The notes: generated by a model not told the origin, from the sequence alone. Positions 1 through 12,835 are shown, numbered from the stretch's first letter. The stretch: 34,313 nt of DNA from Nemertoderma westbladi (GCA_032718475.1 JAUCBJ010003769.1:1-34313), one strand, 5' to 3'. Translations and numbers: made by a program.

Positions 1-1154
1 ATAGTATTTCTAGAAAGTATTGCGAACGTAAAACAGTTTACACTGATCTGTCTCAGATTAGTCGCTATATCTCGGTAACAAGAAGTAGCTTACAATTTTT
101 AAATGTATCAAAAAATTGCGCCATATATATTAAATAAGGTAACTAATGCAAAATAATATTAAATTCCACTACAAAGAAATTTAACAATTTCCACAAATGT
201 TAACAAAGGTTTTTCAAAGTATAAAATTGCTATATTAATTAATAAATTATTTATTAATTATAGGTGTAATTTATTTACTGTATTTGTTTTAGTTTAAATC
301 ATAATGTATGTAAGAACAAAAACTGTTGAACTATAATAAAATAAATTAGTTTAAAAACCACAATATGACTTATTTTGACTTTTTGGGAACATGGGTTTTT
401 AGCCAAATCTGATGGACTGGGATTTAGATGAGATTTTGCGTTACTCAGCTTCCTCCTATATTGTACCACCAAAATGAAAATAAAAATGGTTAATTGATTA
501 AACTTATATATGTTGCACTGGAAAATAATTGGTAACTATGTAGAAGTGCATATTTAAGTTAGTGTATACTGTATAGTCATTGGACTACTGATTTGTTTGC
601 ACCAAATTTGGGGAAACCCTACCAATAGTTAACTTGTTGATATGTAAAATCCGTGTTGCGCAGGAAAAAAACATGAAATTGAAAGTGCTAATATGGTTTG
701 ATTTTTTTAAACTTTTAACGCCCTTAACTAAAGGTTGAAAACAAAAATAAACATTCTCACTTAGGAGGAGGAAGGTGAATCTATCTCTGTTTCAAATTGC
801 ATGCAATCTCATTACGATTTTTGAAAATTGCTGAATTCAATATGGAGATAGAGAATTTATTACAATGATATTATTTGCAATAATATCAATTTTCTATGTT
901 CACATGACAACCACAGTAGATACATTCAGCTGTGGGTATTTATTAACTAATATCACATATAAATGTACTCTGCAATACTTTTATGGTTCTTTGATGTACA
1001 TTTTTAAATCTTTTAATCTTTTTTGTAATTGCTTAAAATCATCCACTGAACAGTAACCAATGAGCATGCAGATTAGCCTTAAGTTTTCCCAGTATTTTAG
1101 TGATTTACTAGAGTTTTCCTAATTTAGAACTATCTATTATGATTACTTTTGTAG

Positions 1155-1331
1155 GTGATGGTGAATGGACGGATTGGCCTAATGATAAGAGCCTATGCCC
1201 CAGTCATATACCGCCTGAAGAAACTGGGAAAGACATCTTAGTGAAGTTGTGTGTGAAAAAGAGATGGGGTGGTGGTTGTGAAGGCATGGAAAAGCTAAAC
1301 CCGTGCAAAGTTGACATAATGGCATTTTATA
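1155..1331 (+). CDS. Internal exon encoding a divergent thrombospondin type 1 (TSP1)-like module
   Basis: Acceptor TTTTGTAG before 1155 and donor GTATGT at 1332. Length 177 bp, phase 1-1. Translation DGEWTDW...C...C...GGGCEG...PC resembles the TSP1 WxxW/Cys pattern. Confidence 0.7.
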
Positions 1332-1350
1332 GTATGTAATGTTTTGTTTA

Positions 1351-4300
1351 GTATGTGGGGCGAGCCACGAAGTGAGTGAGCCTTAGCGTAGTGGTACCAT
1401 TAATCAACCTGTCGTTCTGTCGTTCTGTCGCGTTTTTTTTCAGTATTTTATTTTAAACGTTAATAACTCGGCCAATCCTTGATGAAATCTATCCAAACTT
1501 GGTACACATGTTGTTTGGCAAAAGTTTGAAAATTTTCCAAGTAGAATTTGCGTGGGGCCTTCGTGCAGCATCAGTGTAACTGTTATTGTAGTTATAATAT
1601 ATTTATTTATCCAAAATTAACATGCGTTAAATTATTATTACTGTAGGATAAATCAGCTGGTTATCTGACAAATTTTGCAAAACATAGGGGCTGTCTGCCA
1701 ATCTGCATGTACCATTTGTACCGGTACTGTCAGGCTGTACTCAATTCCTGAATCGAGAATTCTGCAATCAGTCAATACTGCAATACAGGTCAGCCGGTAC
1801 CATACACTGCAGACATGCCATATCATGTAATCTAAACATGGCCCCGGAAACCCTTGCGGTGATTATAGTTTAGGCCTAATTAGCCTAGTACCGGTAATAA
1901 TAATATAATAGTTTAGATAGTTCAGTAGTTACTGCTAATCATTCAGTCATTGGCACGGTACACCGTATTGCTGTACTGCCGTTGTAGTGCGCACCGTAGG
2001 TACCACCCATGCGTAGGCTGACTGTGCTGATTATGGTACTGTCAGACTGTGGTACCTAAGCTATATACTGTTAGGTATATTGCTGTATTGGGGTGGGGTT
2101 AGGAATAATCCATTTGTTTTAGCATTGAACTGTTGAATCCCCTTATTTATTATAAAACCATTGGAAATATTCACAAATGCCGCTCCATTACTGTCTGAAA
2201 CGCTCCCGACAGTCCGATGTATCTGGACCCGAGCAGCCGAGTTGCTTCAAGAGGTGATTAATGGGGGAATACTACGGAATTGCTTGTTTGTCAGTACGAT
2301 TCTATTTGGGTATTTACTACACTCAGACACTGGGAATACGGCGGTCGGTCAGATCGTAATGCGGGCCACTGCCAAGTTCATCATGCCTCACTCCGGTCAC
2401 CCACCTTGGAGTGCGGTGGGAAGAGTCCCACTTACTGACTTACGTCGACGACTGGACGAATCGACGAGGATTGCGATCTGGGTTTAGCGGCGGCCCGGAT
2501 CCTGGGATCGCCTGGGGGAAATGGTTGAACGTTGGGCAGACGTTATCGCACTGGATTACGTTCTCTGTGATGCGAAAGTGTGAAGCGAATTCGTTGTCGA
2601 ATTGGGTTGGAAGCTGCGGGAATTCTACTGTTCTACGGGAGTAAACTGCAGCGGTCCGGTGACTACGGACGGATACTACTGGGATAAGCAGGTATTTCGA
2701 TCGAGTTTCTCGTATTCTCGATGCTCGAGGCGGATAGAGAGTTGGTTGTGTTGGGCGGTGTTGTTCAATTCTATCAAACATATTAAATAATTGGTAAAAT
2801 AATAAAAACACACCAGATAAAGATACTGAGCTTATGGTAAAGAGATAGGCCGAACTTACAATTTCCAAATAGATTGTTCATATTATTATAATAAATATAT
2901 TTTTGGTATTTGATTTCAAGATAGGGGGGGGGGGGGGGGGGGGGAACTGGAAGCAATAAAAATTCATCCCTCTCCAGGGGAAATTGGACGCAAATAACAA
3001 CAGCTGATTACTCTCAAAAATAAAACTGTAACCTGTTCTATTGTGTTTACTTTATTGTTTTGGTTAAAATAACGTGCCATTGTAACCTGCTCCTTTCCCA
3101 AAATTTAGAAATTAATATTGAGGCGGGATATTAATTCGCCAAGATGGGATTTGCGTCCAGTCCCACCCCCCTCCTATCTCTTGATTTCACTAAAAAATAG
3201 AATACATTGCATTTTACTGTTATAATTACTGTATTGAATAAAATAATTAATTGATTGTTTATTAAACCGTGCTAAGCACGTTGAACTGGAGCTCTAACAA
3301 TTCCCCACTAGCAGCAGACAGGAACTGTAAAAGTCTCTGTAGAATTTCTAATTAAGCAATGCTCTTAGGTAACTACTACTAAATTTCAGATGAATCTGAT
3401 CGTTGGTTCTATAATTACAGCAATTTTTACGTTTCTGTTAATTCGCCCCCTAGCGGCAGACCGGGGAACTGTAGAAGTCTGTCTGTGTGTAGAATTTCTA
3501 AATTTTTTTAAAGACTACAAGTGTACCAAGTTTGGTTCCATTTCATCCATGATTGACCGACTTATTAGCGTTCAAACATTCCTGCCACGAATAAAAGCTG
3601 CAGGAACTCGAGCGATAATTAATTTATTTATTATTAAATACTGTTTCAATTAAATTCTTTACGAAAATCTAGTCATCTTCTTTTAAATATGGACCCTGCA
3701 TTCATGGAAAATATAATATTTGATAATTCATCACAGTCAGCCTACGCTAATTTCACAGCAAAGTCCTTGTCATGGCCTGTGTGTAGTAGGCCATGGTACC
3801 ACCCTACTACCGGTACCGGCTGACCGGTGGCAACTAGCACTTGCACAGCAACAGCCCTACCGGCGATACACAGGTTGGAATTTATGTAGAGTTTGCTCAA
3901 CAGTACAGATATAAAATAGTTATCTAAATTATCTATATTACTATTGACAAGTATTGAAATATATACCGTTATTCGTATTTGCAACATCTGACATTGGAGA
4001 GGTGAGAGAAGATGAATACCGACACTCAACAAAACCAACGCTTATCACAGGTCGGTATGGTTACCTCGAAACCGGCGCGACTGTCCACTCGAATACAACT
4101 TCAAAATACAAACGCCAACAATAAACTGAAAGCGAATCGAACGTCTTCAGAAGAATCTGTCATTTGGGACGAAGAAAAGGAAGCCAAAACCACGGGAATG
4201 GACCACAGCTAAGATTGAATGCTCCCATTGTCAGAGTTCCTGGACCGAAATTGAAACACCAATTGCCGATGGGCTTGATCTCTCAAACCAAAACTTCCTC

Positions 4301-4742
4301 TGCGGGGTTTGCGCGGCAGTAAAGATTGAAAGTCTGGAAGCTGGCATCCCTAGGTATTATTATTATAAAGAGCGTCAGCCTGCGTTTAATAAATATATTT
4401 TAATACAAAACAGGTCGAACGCAAAGAGGCTTATAATGAAGACGAGTACTGCATTGATTATATTCCTATAAACCACCTGGCTTTGTATATTGAACGTGCG
4501 TTTGGAAATAAGTTCGTGCTACCCTTCCGTGGGTGATAGATGTCGCGGTTATGTATTGGTGGGTGGGAAGGGAGGGGGGGGGGGGCGTGCAGATTAAAAG
4601 GGGTGAACACGTACTGTCCCCCTTTCTTTGATTAATTGGTGGTGTGGGTTAATCTCTCATAACCTGATTTTGTGATACAGTCGCACAATTTTAATTTGTA
4701 TCTCATAACTGGGCCTCGTGCTGCGCGAAGGCCCCACGAACG
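1351..4742 (+). mobile_element. Composite non-autonomous Helentron/DINE-1-like insertion in the intron, flanked by a 16-bp direct repeat
   Basis: TGTAATGTTTTGTTTA at 1335-1350 and 4743-4758. The left end has a (CTGTCGTT)n microsatellite and an ATAACTCG...AAACTTGGTACACAT core also present at about 26525-26690. 1551-1570 is an inverted match to 4719-4738. Confidence 0.55.
4012..4355 (+). pseudogene. Frameshifted fragment resembling the N-terminus of a CR1/L2 LINE ORF1 (CxxC...CxxC finger before a coiled coil)
   Basis: Manual translation after a frameshift near 4180: KIECSHCQSSW...NFLCGVCAAVKIESLE. Confidence 0.35.
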
Positions 4743-5243
4743 TGTAATGTTTTGTTTATGAGTATTTTATATTTTATAATTATATTATGGGCTGTCTGTG
4801 TAGTTTGCACAAAAGTTTATTAGGGAGCACTTGAAAATTAAAGCTGGAAAATTTTAGGAGCATTGATTAACATGTTATGTAGGCCAAAAATATAGACAAA
4901 AAATTGTTCTATCAGATTTGTGTATGTTACATATTGTTCCTTTTGCTAAAATGATCATAACAAATTCTGGGATAATTCATTTATATCTTGAGGGAGCATA
5001 AGTAGAAACATCGTGATAGCTACAATAATTTCCTGAGGAATCCCATATCAACAACTCTGAAACAAACGCAGTTGGGAATCTGAAATTTTTTGACATTTCC
5101 TAAAATTATTATTGTCTCCATAATAGTGAAAACGGTTTTTAATAATATTGGGAAGTTTTCGAGTTATAGCACCATCTTTTAACCCTACTTCTGACTTTTT
5201 ATTGAGACGTTTTTTAGAAAATTACATTTCATGTAATATGATT

Positions 5244-5894
5244 TGTAACATCTATCATTTTTTATTTACACCGGTTTTTTTTAGTTGTCGCTATTAGATG
5301 GAATTCATGTGACGGGATCTGAGTTGGCGAGGATCCCGACGGGTGTGTGTGTGTGTGTGTTCGAGTCTTATGGATATACACGTCACCACGTCCGCTTAGC
5401 TGCTGAGAGGCTGTTGTAATTCTGAGAAGGCCGAATAAATAACTGAGTTTTATAGTTACAGTTGTTGGTAATGTTAGAATATTAATATAGCACAATCAGT
5501 TTACAATAATAGCATGGTCAATGACGACGACGACGGTTAAAAACCGTGTGACTTCTACACCTCTAAATAGCCAACTAAAGGCACAATTAATATGAGTAAC
5601 GGTTATATTATAATTACACACGGTAAACTCCTAGCTACTTTGACCTAGCCAATGAATGCGCTCTTAATTGATGGTAATTCGCCCCACCATTGGCTGATCT
5701 ATCTTTCCTGGGCCAATATGCTAGCATCTGCTCTGAGGTTAGCTGTCATCTCTCCCGCAGGCTGGCAATGTGTATTGCCAGGGTGTGTCGCCATGTGATA
5801 TTATATTGCTAATATCACATAGCCGAACGTAATTGGTAAATCGCCACTTTCCCCATTTTCCGCTGGGTGGTGCAGCGAATTGGATCCGCTAACA
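5244..5894. mobile_element. Possible solo LTR
   Basis: Starts TGTAACA and ends CTAACA, with AATAAA, CCAAT motifs and (GT)n inside. No convincing 4-6 bp TSD. Confidence 0.25.
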
Positions 5895-6046
5895 ATTCAT
5901 ATAAAATAAGTTAAAAATGTCAAACTTGTAATGTAATGTTTTTTTCGGCGGGTACGAAATTTTGTTAAGTTTAACAAGTAACTCCTAGAAAAACCGCCAA
6001 GTAAAAATTACAACATTGTGTTTCATTATATCTTTTATATTTGCAG

Positions 6047-6721
6047 CATTTATTTGTCCACCTTCATCAGCTCACTGGCGATTAAACATAGAGTATGGTG
6101 CGAATGACAAACTGGGTAAACAAAATGGCACTATGAAAGCAAACCCATCATTTGGTCCAGGACCAGCAGGTATCGATAACCAGGCAATGAATTTCCACAT
6201 TGGGTATGTTTCAGTTCAACATGGTAGAGAATTACTAACTGAAACATTTACTATGGTAGCATTTGTGAAGCTTATGGTAAATCAACCTGGTCCGATATTT
6301 GAATATGGAAATCCCACAGCCCATGGTTCCCATTTCTGGTTATTTCCCTCAGCAACAAACTTAATGTTTAATCCTGAAAATTCGATTTCACAATTACTTA
6401 TAATGGAAAATGCAATAACTGTTAATGAATGGTATTTGGTGGCTGTTGGAGTCAATGCAGTTGATAAAAAGGTGATGTTCTACAGTCAGAAAGTAGGAAA
6501 TGTTGATCATCAGAAGATGGAGTTTGATACACCATCAACAGCTCGAAGTACAGTAGATACTAAGAACACTCTGTTGATAGGAAGACGAGAAACTGATGGA
6601 ACTGCCTTTAAAGGATACATTGCCAATGCTCAATATTACAGTTGTTATGTACCAGACGTTCCGATGGAGTCAATCTATAATGAGAGTTTACAATTTGAGA
6701 TACAGATTGGTACAGAAACAG
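6047..6721 (+). CDS. Internal exon encoding a LamG/pentraxin (concanavalin A-like) domain
   Basis: Acceptor TTTTATATTTGCAG before 6047 and donor GTTTGT at 6722. Length 675 bp, phase 1-1. Motifs FTMVAFVK, GPIFEY, NEWYLVAV and LLIGRR...FKGYIA are typical of LamG-like folds. Confidence 0.8.
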
Positions 6722-6783
6722 GTTTGTTATAGTAATTAAAATTAATGAATAAACAGGCATATAAAAATTTATATAAAATAATT

Positions 6784-7068
6784 AACTAGTTTCGGAATCA
6801 GAGACCAATTAAGAGGACAGAAAAAATATAGATTTACTGAGTAATATTTCAGCCAAGAGGCCTTTATCAAACTCAATTCAGAATATGTCACACAACAGAG
6901 AAGCACATGTCATATTTTTTTCTAAAGTGTGCTCATCTAATATGTGCTTCTCTGTTGTGTGATATATTCTGAATTGAGTTTGATAATGGCCTGGTCGGCT
7001 GAAATATTACTCAGTAAATCTATATTTTTTTCTTTCACCTTAATTGGTCTCTGATTCCGAAACTAGTT
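6784..7068. mobile_element. MITE / foldback element with about 125-bp terminal inverted repeats
   Basis: AACTAGTTTCGGAATCAGAGACCAATTAAG...GAAGCACAT is the reverse complement, with a few mismatches, of ATGTGCTTC...CTTAATTGGTCTCTGATTCCGAAACTAGTT. Spacer about 33 bp. Confidence 0.8.
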
Positions 7069-7420
7069 TATTATGATTAATGCGGTGACAAGGGTACGTT
7101 CTCACTAAAATATAAAATAATTGAAATTACATAATACAGTATAATTGATAATACATCTGCAGAGAGCTTTTGTAACAGAGTCTCCAGACAGTCAAAATTG
7201 CTGTCTGTTTTTGGCGCCATCGTCAGGATTATTGATTATTGATTATCATATTTGATTTACAAATCCATAGTCTTTAGTTAATTGGATAGGATTAGATTGA
7301 TCTGTAGTCTGTACGATTGTATATGATGTACCGGTAGAGCTAGCTGCTTTACAGTACTCCATTAGGTCCAGAGTACGTAACATTTATCCGAAAGCTATCC
7401 TGAAAAGCTATGGACTTCTT

Positions 7421-8368
7421 TCATCTCACGTTTCCAATTGGCTCGAGTCCTCCCTCATGAATACTGAGACTTACAATCGGCTGCACCATCCGTATACTCG
7501 TGGTTGTACTGGAACTATGACTACCTCCTTTGTTGTCATAGAACATAGTTCTCTCATAGTTCAAGAGATAGTTCTCTGGAGTTGCTTCAGTCTCAATCAA
7601 AGCATCTAAGATATCCTGAGTCGGCATCCAACTATTCTCAATAGCCTTGGAATCCTTCAACTCTACTATCTCTCCCCAGAATGGTAGAATATTCTCATCG
7701 GTTTCGAAAGTAGCATGACAAACCCAGATTACTAGTCACTCAACCAACTGAACAACGTTCCTGTAAGACAAGGTCCTCCAAGGTTCTACGTCAACTCGTA
7801 TTGCATTACCCTTGACGGAATGTCTCTAACAAACATCTTCTGAAAATAACTTCTAATGCACGCCGTGTTGATTTCACCTTCTGTAGAAAACGTATGCTAT
7901 CTTGTGATTCAGGATGGTCCACAAACTGTGGTGCATACAAATAACTAAAATTCGCAGACAGATAGAACATCAACTCTGGCATCGATGCTGCCCTCAGTTA
8001 CTCTGCAATGACCCTGCCAAGGTCGGCACGTCTCCCTATCAAGAGCAGATTCATATATTCATTCACTGACACTTCATTTCTTGGTGCATTGATTATATCC
8101 CTTCAACATATGATCATCTATCATATTAGTCTGTGAAATCAGATCATACCAGGTTGGGGTTGGTCCCACAGAGCCGACTCTGATCATACTCCCTCAGCAT
8201 CTTCTCAAACTGCTTATACACCCGGTATAATTCCATAGCACTTTGCTGTTCATAATCATACCAGGTTCCAGGTAATATATTGCCGTAATCGGGTGTAAAC
8301 TCATCAGGGACTTGGGGCACCAATTTCTTTTTGCCTGCTCTCATTCCAAACATCAGTTCATCAAATCT
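7421..8368 (-). pseudogene. Degenerate intronless reading frame of about 310 codons, unidentified (candidate endogenous viral element or retrocopy)
   Basis: ORFs 8144-8353 and 7421-7660 can be joined by manually read frames (TPTWYDLISQTNMIDDHML, DIINAPRNEVSVNEYMNLLLIGRRADLGRVIAE, MPELMFYLSANFSYLYAPQF) with several stops and frameshifts. Confidence 0.4.
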
Positions 8369-8399
8369 TGGATAGTTACCGGTATACCTCCTTATTTGT

Positions 8400-9960
8400 C
8401 CAAGGTACTGTCACTGAAAATCAATTTAATTCTAATTTTGAGAATTCCCCCTCTGTAACAATGTCGGTTTTTCATTTAAAATGTCGTTGCTTGCCAAAAA
8501 TCTTTACAGCTATTACATATTATTTATCTTCACTGAATCATACTTTCGAAGTACTCACTTTTACGGAAACATTTTTATCCAAAGACACACCCACTGATTT
8601 ACTGAAAATTAATGGTTATGACGGTCTGTTTTATGATTGCCGGGTTCTGCCAAAAACAATGAAAATTAGTAAGAAAAAACTCCAAAGAGCGGCGCTGCAA
8701 TTTATTTTTAAGAATCTACTAATTTTGACATTAAACCTGAGCTAAGGATTGAGGGTTTTGAAAATTCATGGGTTCAACTACATCGACCCAACAAGAGGAC
8801 GCTTGTAATAGGCACAATCTTTCGTCCAAATTCAGTTGAGCTACCATATTTCCTTACCAAACTTGAAAAAACGATTACAGATAAATCAAATTGTGATATA
8901 ATTTTAACGGGGGATTTTAATGTAGATTTATTAAAAGCAACAAAAATATTATATTCATATTTTTACAAATATTACTTCTTCGGTTTCTCATTATTCCGGT
9001 ACCTTTTTTACTAAAGTTGGCACATCAGATCATCAGGCTACGTTCATCACTTTTCAAAATTATCACAACTATTTTAAAAGTACCAAAACGACAACTTTTT
9101 TTGATTATTCAAAATTCAATTGTGATAATTTTCTTCATGATCTAAACTGCCTGGATACGTGGACGTATACTGACGTGGACGTACATTTCTACTGTTGGTT
9201 CAAATTTATCCCAGGAAATAGCCAAACCTAATCGGTCTCCCGTATGGTATATCTCACATAATGTGAGATATGCCATAAGGGAGAGCCCCCCCCCCCCCCC
9301 CCCCAATCTTTTGTACTAACAGAAACATCATCCTAAACAACGACAACAAGCCGACAACGACAACGACAACAACAACGACGCAAGCTCTCCTATCTATGCT
9401 TGAAAAATTATATCAAACACTAGAAGATAAATTGTATTCCTGTGCTATTTATATTGATCTTAAAAAAGCTGGATCATTCTTTCTTATTCAAAAAATTACA
9501 AGCATACGGTATTCGAGGAATTCCACATATGTTATTAACTGATCGTGTTCAGGTCACTGTAGTCGATAATTGTTTGTCATCTGTAATGCCACTTGTCTGT
9601 AGAGTCCCTCAAGGCGCCACTTTATCCTGTTTACTATTCCTCATGTACATCAACGACCTTCCAAATGCCTCCTCTCTCTTTACCACTTTATTTGCCGATG
9701 ACACGACTCTTTTTTCACAAGATCAATCTATACAAAATCTTATTAAAAATACAAATATTGAACTAATTAAAATCAATAATTGGCTTATTGGCTAATTCGC
9801 TTTCGCGTAATGTTAAAAAACCGAGCATACATTTTTCAGTAATGGAAACGGTAGTAATTCTAATAGTTCGCTAACAATAAATGGCCTATATATCAAGCAA
9901 ACAGACGTGGCAAAGTTTCTCGCAATCTGGTTGGATTCAAAATTATCCTGGAAAATACAT
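8400..9960 (+). mobile_element. Degenerate CR1/L2-group LINE ORF2 (AP endonuclease and reverse transcriptase)
   Basis: Endonuclease-like SVFHL..., FTETFL and ILTGDFNVDLL (about 8900). RT motifs KKLQAYGIRG, VPQGATLS, FLMYINDLP and LFADDTTL. Confidence 0.85.
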
Positions 9961-11077
9961 ACTAGAGACGGGCCTAGCGGCCCGTAAAGCAAGTCGTAGG
10001 AGACAGTACGAATCAAGTAAAAGCTTTTTGTTCTGTCTGATAATCAATTAGTGTGAGGGTAGTCCCGGTGGTGTACGAGAAATTTTCTAGACAACTTCGA
10101 ACTATAATTATTATGTTGTAATCATCTAATGAATTATAAAAGCTGTTGTGATTATAGAAGATAGAGCAGTTAGCGAAATGATTATTTTGTTCTATAGGAT
10201 AGAGTAGTCAGAGAGTTAGAGTAGTCGAGTCGTTGTTTAATAATAATAACAGCAGTTGCCATGAATTCAATATATACAATCGCGCAAAAGAAGTGATAAG
10301 ACAAATTCGTTCTTATTTTTGTAATAAATAAAACAGGTTGAGATGTTTCAATGTAAACCGCGATTAACAATTTACACTGTTCAATGTAAACCACGATATT
10401 AATTAAATATAACAATTATATTATTATTATAACAGATTTTTATATTTCAAACTATAATGTTAGCCTTATGGAGAATCATTATGAGGCTGAGTAAACATTC
10501 AGCCTTATAAGCATACAGCCTCCACAGTATTAATGTTGGCACAGAGATTTCAAAATAAAACAATAATGCGATGAGAGCATAGTACAATACACTGTGTAGC
10601 CAACACACTGTTTAACTAACAGTCATTTAGCTTGCACGCCAATTAATTACATAGCAAGGATGCTTTGGGAAGAGTTATTCAGCTGAGACTGCAATAGCCA
10701 ACTAAACCAGTTAATGTTTTGTTTGATTACTGTCTGGGTTGTAGAATAGAGTGATAATAAAACTTGGCACACAAAGTACTTCTTTGTTAGTTGCCCTTCC
10801 TATTGAATGCATTACCAGGCCATCTCTATACATTTTTCATGAGTGCCAGCTGGTGTTTTATCATTGCGCCTATGGCAATTTTAGTGTTTTGGGGCTATTT
10901 TTCGAAATAAATCAAGTCGAGATGTTTCAATTTAAACCGCGATTTCACAAGTACCCTTAGAAATCCATTTTCATGTTCCATGCAAAATTTCATCAAAATC
11001 GTTAGAGCCGTTTTTGCTCTAGGTCAGTAGTCAGTAGCCTTTTTTTCTTACAGTAATCAAGTCTAACGACTTGCTAA
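9961..11077 (-). mobile_element. Non-autonomous Helentron/HINE-like element A, inserted in the CR1 LINE
   Basis: Left end ACTAG plus hairpin ACGGGCC-TAGC-GGCCCGT plus AGCAAGTCGTAG. Right end CTAACGACTTGCT is the matching subterminal inverted repeat. CAGT repeats lie near the right end. Confidence 0.6.
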
Positions 11078-12584
11078 CTAGTGACGGGCCTAGCGGCCCG
11101 ATAAGGAACCGACTTTTTATTTTAATTTAAAAGTGACAACGAGAATTAGTATAGAACTAATAATTATGTAAAAATACAATCATATTTCATACAATAATTA
11201 TTAATAAATTTGATCTATTATTAGTTGCTCAATTCTAGAACAAAATCGACCTGCAACTAGTGAAGACCTCGTTTTGGAATTTCGAAACCACGCTGGTGCG
11301 ATGCGCGATATCGTGTTTAGTTAATAAATTGAAAACTCCATCAGTTCATGTGCAACCAGTAATAAGAAATCGCGATAAATGTAATTAAATAAAAATTATT
11401 CTAGAAAAATTTTCCTCAAAAAGTATGAAGTCTTGGCATTGGTGACGCGAAACTAGGCTAGTGAGATTCAGGATATTGCGTTTAATATAAAAATCGAAAA
11501 CGCTATCGAATTCCGTAAAGGCGTTAATAAAATACTGCAACTTTTTTGAAATTTGTAAAATTCTAGAACTAGAAAAAATTAATTTTTGAACGGCGCTGTT
11601 TGGGGTTTCGAAACATGGATAGGCTGAAAGAGGACATCGAATTAAGTTGAAAAATGAAAACCCCATCGAATTTGGACAAAGCGTTCCGGAGTTATAGCGG
11701 ATCGAAAAAAAATGACCCCCCCCCAGTCGCCAAAAATTTACAGTAATTTAAAATTTTGCAAAAAAAATTTTTTGCGTTATTTTTGATGGCGAATCGATTG
11801 GCAGTACTGGCCACGAAAATTTTTTTGTTGAAATTTTTGGTCAGAAAAAAAAACATGGAAAAAGTATATTTTTAAAAAGATTTGATGTCTTTGCCTATGG
11901 TCAGAGAATGATCCAACTCTGTAACTTGGCAATCGCTCAAATCCATTCAGCTGAATGGCACAGTAGAGTAAACTAAAGTAAATTCCCTATACAATGTTCT
12001 GAAGGGGAGACTGACAGAGAGTAATCCAACAATAAAACATTTTTGCAATAATGTTGGCATTAATGTAGCCAACTCACTGTGTACGTAACAGTCATTCAGC
12101 TTACATTAGCAGAGTGAGATATTCCCATAGATTGCATTGGGAAGAGTAATTCAGCTGAGGCGATATTAGATTTCAAACTAAACCAACCCGTTAATGTTTG
12201 CTTTGACAGAGAGTGGTGGCCTATACAAACAGTATGGGTGTACTGAGTATAATAATCTTGGCAACCTCATCGATTTATTACTAAGCCTTCTGTAGAAATG
12301 CATTACATAAGCCATTTTTCATCAGGACACCAGCTGTCATTGGTGTTATTTTACCATTGCGCCTATGGCGTTTTTTCGTTTATGTCCATTTTTCGAGCCC
12401 ACGGCTCATGGACGAAATAGCGGAACATACCAGGGACCTTAGAATCGCGGTATCTAGCCGCTGTGAAAATTTCATCAAAATCGTTAGAGTAGTTTTGGCT
12501 GTAGATCAGTCAGTCAGTCAGTCAGCCAGCCAGCCAGCCAGTCTCGAGCAATTCTTACAGTAATGAACCTCTCGGTTCCTAACT
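11077..12584 (-). mobile_element. Non-autonomous Helentron/HINE-like element B, related to A
   Basis: Same ACTAG and CGGGCC-TAGC-GGCCCG hairpin. Subterminal inverted repeat AGGAACCGA / TCGGTTCCT. (CAGT)n(CAGC)n at about 12506-12542. 12030-12490 is homologous to 10555-11010. Confidence 0.6.
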
Positions 12585-12619
12585 AATTATAATCAAGTCT
12601 AACGACTTGCTAATTAACT

Positions 12620-12835
12620 ATTTTAAATATTTAAAAGATATAACGTACGGCTGGGATCTTTTACAAACTTAGGCATATTTTCCCCTCACTGATATTAAGC
12701 GTCTATATTACTCCCTTTTACATCCTTATCCCTATCTGCTTTACGGCCTTATCTTGTGGTAACTTTATGCACATTGGATGACCTAACAAAAAAAATATTC
12801 CCAGCACCATGTAATCTACAATTGGCAGGATGTAA
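12620..12835 (+). mobile_element. Continuation of the CR1/L2 LINE ORF2 after the nested insertions
   Basis: Reads KLRHIF...KRLYYSLLHPY...YGLILW, the post-RT region expected after KLSWKIH at about 9940-9960. Confidence 0.7.

Noticed and set aside
1-830. Probable DNA-transposon remnants here and at about 14100-14800 (shared TTCTAGAAAGTA..CGAACG)
   Set aside because: Boundaries, terminal repeats and TSDs could not be defined by eye.
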